Position numbers and translations under genes: made by a program. The notes under the pieces were generated by a model. It made no database searches and had not been told where the DNA came from. It saw nothing but the letters and a program-made list of their open reading frames with translations. From Promethearchaeota archaeon (GTDB lineage: Archaea; Asgardarchaeota; Odinarchaeia; Odinarchaeales; JBHLKK01), in contig JBHLPL010000088.1 in assembly GCA_048939465.1 (NCBI GenBank), positions 1-8,090 of the forward strand: 8,090 nucleotides of DNA, read 5' to 3'. Within the stretch, counting starts at the first letter, position 1. Each line of letters begins with the position of its first letter. Shown one piece after another: positions 1-6,077 of the stretch.

Positions 1-2
1 CA

Positions 3-107
3 ACAAGAACTGAACGAAAACTTACAGAGCTTGCCCAGAACCTTGCGATACACAACTATTTGAAAAAGGCGGGAGGAAACTCTGATGAAAAAGATGAAGA
101 GCAATAA
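3..107 (+). CDS. Possible C-terminal tail of an upstream gene entering the window (...TRTERKLTELAQNLAIHNYLKKAGGNSDEKDEEQ*), product unknown
   Basis: Frame 3 is open from the window edge to TAA at 105-107 and reads like a helical protein tail. It would overlap the next gene by 14-23 nt. Frame 1 (open to TGA 61-63) is an alternative, and the fragment is too short to decide. Confidence 0.35.
   Translation, partial: TRTERKLTELAQNLAIHNYLKKAGGNSDEKDEEQ
71..76 (+). promoter_or_regulatory. Shine-Dalgarno-like site for the GT2 gene
   Basis: GGGAGG located 8 nt upstream of ATG 85. Confidence 0.55.
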
Positions 108-789
108 ACCGATCTACGTGTTCATGCCAGCATGCGATGAGGAGAAGAAGATTGGAGAGGTAATAAGAGGACTGAGTGAACTGGAGCTGAACCTGAAAAT
201 CCACGTAATAGACGATGGGTCGGTTGATGGAACGGCGGAAAGCGCGATGAAAGCAGGGGCGATGGTCCTAAGGCATCCGGCGAATTTGGGGCAGTGGGCA
301 GCTTTGAGGACAGGTTTTGCAGTGTCCTTGATGGAGGGGGCAGATGTGGTTGTGAGTATCGATGCAGATGGGCAGCACGATCCTGGAGATCTTGGGATGC
401 TGGTTGAGCCTATTCTTAGCGGGGAGGCAGACATGGTTGTAGGGTCACGTTTTTTTGACGGTGAAAAGCCACGTATGCCGAGATATCGGTACGTTGGGAT
501 TAGGTTCTTCAATAAGCTGGTGGAGATGTTAACACGGGAAAAGTTGACTGATTGCCTAAGTGGATACAAAGCATATAATATGTCCTTGGTCAGAAAGGTA
601 TTGCCGCATCTGAAAGAAGACCAGTATGGGGCACTGGAATTCCTTGTAAAGGCGCTAAGGCACGAAGCCAAAGTTGTCGAAAAACCAATAAAAACGAAGC
701 CCAACTCCGACTCGCAGAAGGGAAGACTGAAGTTTGGATATAATCTCTTGAGAACGATAATCAAAGAAAGCTTCGAACAGAAGGCGTAG
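85..789 (+). CDS. Glycosyltransferase family 2, DPM/DPG-synthase-like (polyprenol-phosphate glycosyltransferase type), no TM helices
   Basis: Motifs: VFMPACDEE (cf. PAYNE), VIDDGSVDGT, RHPANLG..AALRTG, the DxD motif in SIDADGQHDP, DMVVGSRF and TDCLSGYKAY (cf. TDxxSGFRA). Alternative start at ATG 94. Confidence 0.93.
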   Translation: MKKMKSNKPIYVFMPACDEEKKIGEVIRGLSELELNLKIHVIDDGSVDGTAESAMKAGAMVLRHPANLGQWAALRTGFAVSLMEGADVVVSIDADGQHDPGDLGMLVEPILSGEADMVVGSRFFDGEKPRMPRYRYVGIRFFNKLVEMLTREKLTDCLSGYKAYNMSLVRKVLPHLKEDQYGALEFLVKALRHEAKVVEKPIKTKPNSDSQKGRLKFGYNLLRTIIKESFEQKA

Positions 790-870
790 GCAGGAGCAAC
801 ATTTCATCTAAACAGCTTTTGTCATGATTTTGCTGTTGCAGAATTTTAAGGCTTTCAGATAGGATGCTGA

Positions 871-1734
871 ATGGTAAAGAAGATGAAGAATGTCGTCAGC
901 GTTGATGTAGAGCAATGGTTTCATAGGCGAGTATTTCGAGAACATGTTAGGGACACTGACGTCTATCCAAAGAAATCCAGACACGTAGTCGAAGCCACAA
1001 AAAAAGTCTTAGAGATTTTCAATAAGTATGATAAGACCACAACTTTCTTCATATTAGGTGAAGTCGCGGAACTTCTACCTGAATTAGTCAAAGAAATAGC
1101 AGAAGGAGGACATGAGGTAGCATTTCATGGATATTCGCATGTGGGGCTCCATGAAGTCGGGCGAAACGAGTTTGAAAAAGGAGTAGAAAAAGGCGTTGAC
1201 CGATTGTATCAGATATCGAAACAAAAAGTACGGGGATTTCGCGCTCCAGATTTTTCGCTGAATAATAAAACTATTTGGGCACTAAAGGTTATTAACGATA
1301 ACGGGTTTAAATACGACTCTTCGCTTTTCCCCACAATAACTCCTCAATATGGAGTGCATGCTGGCATTTGTCATCCGTACTTTCCTTCGCTGTCGGACTT
1401 AACTAAGGAAGATCCAAACCAGAAAATAATAGAATTTCCAATGCTCGTTCGTAGGGTAGGGGTCTTTAGGATTCCCGTTGCGGGAGGATTCTACTTGCGA
1501 CTTTTCGGACCTAGATTCATACTAGAAGGCATGCGGAATATGAATAAACAGGGCTATCCTGCAATGTGCTATGTTCACCCGTGGGAAGTCTACGGCTTCC
1601 CACAAATCAACATGCCGGTGCACAAAAAGTTGTATGCTTATTATAAAGTTCCTTGTTTGCGGATTTTTGAGAAGTTGGTAAGAAATACTGATGTTGCGCC
1701 AGCAATAGAAGTATTGGAAACTATAGGCATTTGA
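871..1734 (+). CDS. Polysaccharide deacetylase (CE4/NodB fold), PEP-CTERM-locus / DUF3473-type subfamily
   Basis: Motifs: VSVDVEQW (D-x-E), TFFILGEVAE..PELVKEIA..GHEVAFHGYSH (H-x3-H metal ligands), GFRAPDFS, YDSSLFP, PVAGGFYLRLF and YVHPWE. Alternative start at ATG 883. Confidence 0.92.
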   Translation: MVKKMKNVVSVDVEQWFHRRVFREHVRDTDVYPKKSRHVVEATKKVLEIFNKYDKTTTFFILGEVAELLPELVKEIAEGGHEVAFHGYSHVGLHEVGRNEFEKGVEKGVDRLYQISKQKVRGFRAPDFSLNNKTIWALKVINDNGFKYDSSLFPTITPQYGVHAGICHPYFPSLSDLTKEDPNQKIIEFPMLVRRVGVFRIPVAGGFYLRLFGPRFILEGMRNMNKQGYPAMCYVHPWEVYGFPQINMPVHKKLYAYYKVPCLRIFEKLVRNTDVAPAIEVLETIGI

Positions 1735-1854
1735 CCCGAAAGCTAAATAGAGTTCCTCTCTAGAGCTCAGCTCAAATGCCTGATAACACACATGGTTCAT
1801 TTTGCTTCGGTAGATACTGCTTGGAATGTAATCTTGAGAGCTTTGGATGTCTAA

Positions 1855-2946
1855 ATGATGACCGAAGTTAAGATTGTTTTGGCAAACAAGGCAGATGAGT
1901 GGAATAATTATTTAGTCGAAAGAAATCCTTATGCAAGTGCATATCATCTGTGGGAATGGGGGGAGGCGTTATCATTCACTTATGGTTATCAGAAGTACTA
2001 TCTTACAGCTACCCACACCCATGATGTTGTTGGCCTATTTCCTCTAGTACATGTAAAGAGCAGGATTTTTGGGAATCGTTTAATCTCTCTGCCATTTTGT
2101 GGGTACGGTGGGCCACTTGCAGATCCTGAGTTGGGCGATCAAGAAATGCAGCTAGTACTTGAGGCCCTTTTAGATGCCACCGGCAAACTGGCGGAAACTC
2201 TTGGGGTGCAATATGTGGAAAGTCGGAATCCTTCACCTGAAGTTACGCGTGATTCTATTACCGTCAAAGGATATCGCAACATTCGAAAATATGTTACGTT
2301 TCGGGTTAATCTAGAAATGGACTTGCAGGAAGTTTGGAGTAACTTGCACAGAAAGACGAGAAATGCCCTCAGAAAAGCCATAAGGAGCGGAGTGAAGACA
2401 AAGGATGTTAGAGGTACAGAAGAGCTAGAGTCTTATTATAGGCTTTATCTTCAAACTCAAAGGAGACATGGAACGCCACCCCACAACTATAAGCTCTTTG
2501 AAAGACTTTATGATGTCTTTGGGGCTAAAGGGAAGCTGAAAATGTTGTTAGCCGAATATATGGGGAGGCCCATAGCCGGCGTAATGATGTTTCGTCAGGA
2601 TAAGACTCTTTTCTGGTGGAATAATGTAACAGACACTAAGCATCGAAGCCTTAACCCAACTAACTTGCTTCTGTGGAATACGATCGAGTGGGGAGTACGG
2701 AACAGGTACCATGCATTGGATCTTGGACGAACAAGAGAAGGGACAACAATACACCGCTTCAAGAGTCGTTGGGGTGGTAGAGAAAGGTATCTCCGTGATT
2801 ACGTGTACTTTCTAGATTCAAAAGAAAAAGAACTTCCAGATCCATTACAAAGAAAGTATAGATACCTGTCGAAGATATGGTTCTTCATGCCGACTGGCTT
2901 AGCCAAGAAAATTGGACCTAGAATTAGAGGCGATGCGGGGCTCTAG
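1855..2946 (+). CDS. FemAB/FemX-related tandem-GNAT protein (resembles the PEP-CTERM system-associated FemAB-like family); putative aminoacyl/acyl transferase
   Basis: Motifs: W..Y.......YHLWEW, LISLPFCGYGG, basic helix LHRKTRNALRKAIRSG, RRHGTP, NPTNLLLW..IEW, LDLGRT, RFKSRWG, and a C-terminal P...KY....KIW..MP...AK.IGP.I segment. It has no FemA-type coiled coil. Confidence 0.88.
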   Translation: MMTEVKIVLANKADEWNNYLVERNPYASAYHLWEWGEALSFTYGYQKYYLTATHTHDVVGLFPLVHVKSRIFGNRLISLPFCGYGGPLADPELGDQEMQLVLEALLDATGKLAETLGVQYVESRNPSPEVTRDSITVKGYRNIRKYVTFRVNLEMDLQEVWSNLHRKTRNALRKAIRSGVKTKDVRGTEELESYYRLYLQTQRRHGTPPHNYKLFERLYDVFGAKGKLKMLLAEYMGRPIAGVMMFRQDKTLFWWNNVTDTKHRSLNPTNLLLWNTIEWGVRNRYHALDLGRTREGTTIHRFKSRWGGRERYLRDYVYFLDSKEKELPDPLQRKYRYLSKIWFFMPTGLAKKIGPRIRGDAGL

Positions 2947-2967
2947 TGGAGTGAGTGACAAAGTAAG

Positions 2968-4218
2968 ATGATTTCCACGACTGCAATCCCTATAGACAAC
3001 GAAGAGATTGTTGCCACCTTTAGTTCGTTGTTTAAGGGTGCAGATTCAGCTCATGACGATGTAATACAGTTTGAGAGAGACCTAGCAGCTTATCTCGGCA
3101 GTAAGAATGTTTTTGCCTCAAACACTGGACGAGCCGCCCTATATGCTGCTCTGCAAGCGTTGGATTTAAAGCGCGGCGATGAGGTTATAGTTCCGGCTTA
3201 CACTTGTGCCATAGTTTTTGAGGTGATTCTTCGGTTAGGGTTGAAACCCATACTGGTGGATGCAGATCTCCAAACCTACAACATTAACCCGGAGTTGATT
3301 CCTGAAGTCGTATCTTCGAAAACTAAGGCAATAATTCCGGTGCATTTGTTTGGGCGACCTTGTGAAATGACTCGGATAATGGAAATCGCAAATGAGAACA
3401 GCTTATATGTAATTGAAGATGTGGCTCAAGCGCTTGGTGCTGAACATAAGAAAGTTAAAGTAGGAACCTTCGGTGACCTCGCCATCTTCAGCTTTGGACC
3501 GGGAAAAAGTATGACTTCAGGTGAAGGTGGGGCCTTATCGGTCAACAATGGCGAACTTGAAGAAAAAGTGAAGGCCATTGAGGCCAGATGGCCCAACCCC
3601 GATTTTGGCTGGACTATTCAGTCTTTGAAGAATATTGTAGGAATGAAGGTATTCTCGAATCCTTATCTCTATACTTTTATCAGACATTTTTTGGAACAAA
3701 CCTTGAATGTGACGGATAAAAAAATATCGGAAAATTGTCTACGCTTGCTGAGAGAACAGGATACGATTAACCTTAACCCAACGGTATTATTGACGAAAAT
3801 GCCTCGGCTTTCAGCTGAAGTAGCAAGGATACAACTTAGAAAACTTGATGAACTCAATCAAAGAAGAATAATGAACGCTGTTAATCTCACCGAATTGTTG
3901 AATGTAGTTGCGAACCTTGTTCAGTTGCCTAGAACAAGCCATGACGGGAAGAATACATTTACGAGATATCCAATCAGAATGTTAAAGGGTTCTCGAAATG
4001 AAGTTATAAAAAGGTTGATAGAAGGAGGCGTTGATGCAGGCAAGCCATATCACTACCTCGGCGATTTGCTCAAATTACTAAGCGGCAAGGCACCTGGCGC
4101 CATAACGCTTGCCAACAGCATCCTCACCATTCCTAACCATCCACTCCTAAAGGCGCCAGATATACTCAAAATTGCAGATACATTCTCAAACCAGCTAAAT
4201 GTCCGTATCAGTCAATAA
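2968..4218 (+). CDS. DegT/DnrJ/EryC1/StrS-family PLP-dependent sugar aminotransferase, atypical variant with an internal insertion
   Basis: Motifs: FERDLAAYLG, NTGRAAL, GDEVIVPAYT, PVHLFG.P, IEDVAQALG, GTFGD..IFSFGPGK (Schiff-base Lys180, nt 3505-3507), GEGGAL, QL.KLDE.N..R and a C-terminal L.IP.HP.L. Confidence 0.92.
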   Translation: MISTTAIPIDNEEIVATFSSLFKGADSAHDDVIQFERDLAAYLGSKNVFASNTGRAALYAALQALDLKRGDEVIVPAYTCAIVFEVILRLGLKPILVDADLQTYNINPELIPEVVSSKTKAIIPVHLFGRPCEMTRIMEIANENSLYVIEDVAQALGAEHKKVKVGTFGDLAIFSFGPGKSMTSGEGGALSVNNGELEEKVKAIEARWPNPDFGWTIQSLKNIVGMKVFSNPYLYTFIRHFLEQTLNVTDKKISENCLRLLREQDTINLNPTVLLTKMPRLSAEVARIQLRKLDELNQRRIMNAVNLTELLNVVANLVQLPRTSHDGKNTFTRYPIRMLKGSRNEVIKRLIEGGVDAGKPYHYLGDLLKLLSGKAPGAITLANSILTIPNHPLLKAPDILKIADTFSNQLNVRISQ

Positions 4219-4258
4219 CATTTTAAGACATGAGGATTAAACGGTTGAAAGATTAGAA

Positions 4259-4852
4259 ATGAATAATAAGATGACATCGAAAAAAATAAAGATAATCTTT
4301 AGAAGGTTATTTACATCAATTCTTCAAGATATCTCATTTTTTGCGCCATGGCCTGTTCGGTCTTACCTTCACCGCGCTCGAGGCACAAAGATAGGTAAGA
4401 ATGTGTTCATTGGATCTTTGGTCATACTTGAGGAAGTTTACCCAGAGCATATAACTATTGAAGACAACGTTCAAATAAGTGCTGGCGCAAAAATAGTTGC
4501 ACACGATTCCAGTTTCAAAAATGTATTTCATGGACATATTCCAACATATATCGCCCCGGTCATTCTAAGGAGAAACGCCTACATCGGATCTGGAGCAATT
4601 ATTCTTCCTGGAGTAACTGTTGGTGAGAGCGCCATAGTTGGTGCCGGAGCCCTCGTTATTTCAGATATCCCCCCAAGAACCATAGCTGTTGGCGTTCCTG
4701 CAAAAGTTGTGGGCACAATAGAGAAAAGTCTTGAGAGATTCCTATCAAAACGCGGGTTATTCTTGTGGAAGTACTACGAAGAGCCCCGCGAACTAACAGA
4801 AAGCGAAATTGCAGAGGCTAAAACATGCATGCAAGAGGATGGAGACGCGTAA
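4259..4852 (+). CDS. Hexapeptide-repeat (left-handed beta-helix) acyltransferase, maltose/galactoside O-acetyltransferase-like
   Basis: [LIV]G-x4 repeats (KIGKNVFIG, ITIEDNVQISAG, AYIGSGAIILPGVTVGESAIVGAGALV), a candidate catalytic His in IVAHD, and a terminal AVGVPAKVV. Alternative start at ATG 4271. Confidence 0.9.
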   Translation: MNNKMTSKKIKIIFRRLFTSILQDISFFAPWPVRSYLHRARGTKIGKNVFIGSLVILEEVYPEHITIEDNVQISAGAKIVAHDSSFKNVFHGHIPTYIAPVILRRNAYIGSGAIILPGVTVGESAIVGAGALVISDIPPRTIAVGVPAKVVGTIEKSLERFLSKRGLFLWKYYEEPRELTESEIAEAKTCMQEDGDA

Positions 4853-4912
4853 ATGCTGACAAAACCAAGAACTCGAGGTTAACGCGAAAAAGGAACCAGA
4901 GATGAGGCGACA

Positions 4913-6061
4913 TTGAACGTGCTTTTTGTCTCGCAACGCTATTTCGCTAACCCTGATTTTGTTAGACTCTCAACCGAATTGGCTCGAAGAGGTCATCGGA
5001 TTAGTGTTGCTACTTCCTTAAGGAGCGTTGACAGTAAATCGAATAATAATTCGGTTAATATACTTGAGATCACTCCACTAATCACAATTCATAGCATACC
5101 CTATTCAGTGTCGTTCCCATTTCTCAAAATGTACAGGGTTGTGAGAGAACAAAGAGTTGAGATCATTCACGCCTTAATGGATTATTCAACAAACACCGCT
5201 TCAGCGGCCGCTGTTTCAAAAATGATGAACGTTCCATTTGTTTATACAGTCCAAGGTATAGGCACGCGAACCGATCATCTATTTGTCAACGCCGTAGCTG
5301 AATTTTACGATTGGACAATTGAGCGTCTAATAGCAAGAGTAGCTAGTCGAGCCATCTTACTTTCGAAGAGCTTGGTTTCAAGAACTAGAAAGGTGGGCAT
5401 TGAAGATAGTAGAAGTGTTGTCATTCCCTCTGGCGTAGATCTCGATCATTTTAACCCACGGAGACCTGAAGTTAAAAAAAGAGCCGCCGTGCTTCGTAAC
5501 GAACTTGGCATAAGCAGTAACAATATTGTCATAGGTTATGTAGGCAGGTTAGTTCCCGCGAAGGGTTTGTCTTATCTTATCTTGGCATTGAAGCATATCG
5601 AAAGGGAGCATCCTGACATCGTGCTGCTTATCATCGGTGATGGTCCAGAAAAGGCGAATTTGGAAAGGATGGCTAAGGACTTGAAGATAAAGACAGTCTT
5701 TGCCGGATGGCAATCAGATACCGCACCCTACTACGCGATCATGGGCATCTTCGTACTTCCTTCACTCTTCGAAGGGCTACCTCTTGTGATACTTGAGGCT
5801 ATGGCGATGGGAAAGCCTGTCGTCGCAACAAATGTTGGTGGGACTGCTGATCTTATCGCTAACAGGAAGAACGGTTTTCTAGTCCCTGTTCGAGATCATG
5901 AGCGAATTGCATCAGCTTTGAAAGAACTAATTGAAGACAGTAACATGAGAATACGTATAGGTGATATCAATAGACAAAAAGTCAAGAAGAATTTCTCATG
6001 GGATGTAATTGTGCCGAAAGTCGAGAAGGTTTATAATACTCTCCAAAACCCAAGAAGGTAA
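4913..6061 (+). CDS. Glycosyltransferase family 4 (GT-B fold, retaining)
   Basis: TTG start preceded by TGAGG (4903-4907). Motifs: NVLFVS, LARRGHRI.V, IPSGVD, YVGRLVPAKG, IGDGPE and the canonical E-x7-E in LPSLFEGLPLVILEAMAMGKPVVATNVGG. Confidence 0.93.
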   Translation: MNVLFVSQRYFANPDFVRLSTELARRGHRISVATSLRSVDSKSNNNSVNILEITPLITIHSIPYSVSFPFLKMYRVVREQRVEIIHALMDYSTNTASAAAVSKMMNVPFVYTVQGIGTRTDHLFVNAVAEFYDWTIERLIARVASRAILLSKSLVSRTRKVGIEDSRSVVIPSGVDLDHFNPRRPEVKKRAAVLRNELGISSNNIVIGYVGRLVPAKGLSYLILALKHIEREHPDIVLLIIGDGPEKANLERMAKDLKIKTVFAGWQSDTAPYYAIMGIFVLPSLFEGLPLVILEAMAMGKPVVATNVGGTADLIANRKNGFLVPVRDHERIASALKELIEDSNMRIRIGDINRQKVKKNFSWDVIVPKVEKVYNTLQNPRR

Positions 6062-6077
6062 TAGCGCGACCAGTAGG

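Noticed and set aside
114-764. 216-aa antisense ORF opposite the GT2 gene
   Set aside because: It is fully nested opposite a gene with clear family motifs, and its Ser/Pro/Thr-rich translation has no recognisable motif, as expected of a shadow ORF.
1758-1768. Short palindromes CTCTAGAG and GAGCTC in the 120-nt spacer
   Set aside because: Palindromes of 6-8 bp are expected by chance, and no stable stem-loop with a U-tract is evident, so no terminator is called.
1855-2946. Calling the Fem-like gene femA, femX or murM for peptidoglycan cross-bridge synthesis
   Set aside because: Its motifs match the EPS-associated FemAB-like family, it has no coiled-coil arm, and the neighbourhood has no peptidoglycan genes.
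85-4218. First four genes share one reading frame: possible stop-codon readthrough, alternative code or polyprotein
   Set aside because: Each stop is followed by further in-frame stops of another type (TAG 787 then TAA 847 and TGA 868; TGA 1732 then TAA; TAG 2944 then TGA), so no single recoding joins them. Sharing a frame by chance is about 1 in 27.
4853-4916. Mini-ORFs between the acyltransferase and the first GT4 (MLTKPRTRG* 4853-4882; MRRH* 4902-4916), also MRIKRLKD* at 4230-4256
   Set aside because: They are too short, show no leader-peptide features or adjacent hairpins, and ATGAGG simply overlaps SD-like TGAGG.
6009-6077. GTG 6009 start for the second GT4
   Set aside because: It overlaps the previous gene by 53 nt and the extension is not GT4-like; the fold begins near LNILYIN, so ATG 6078 or 6084 fits better.
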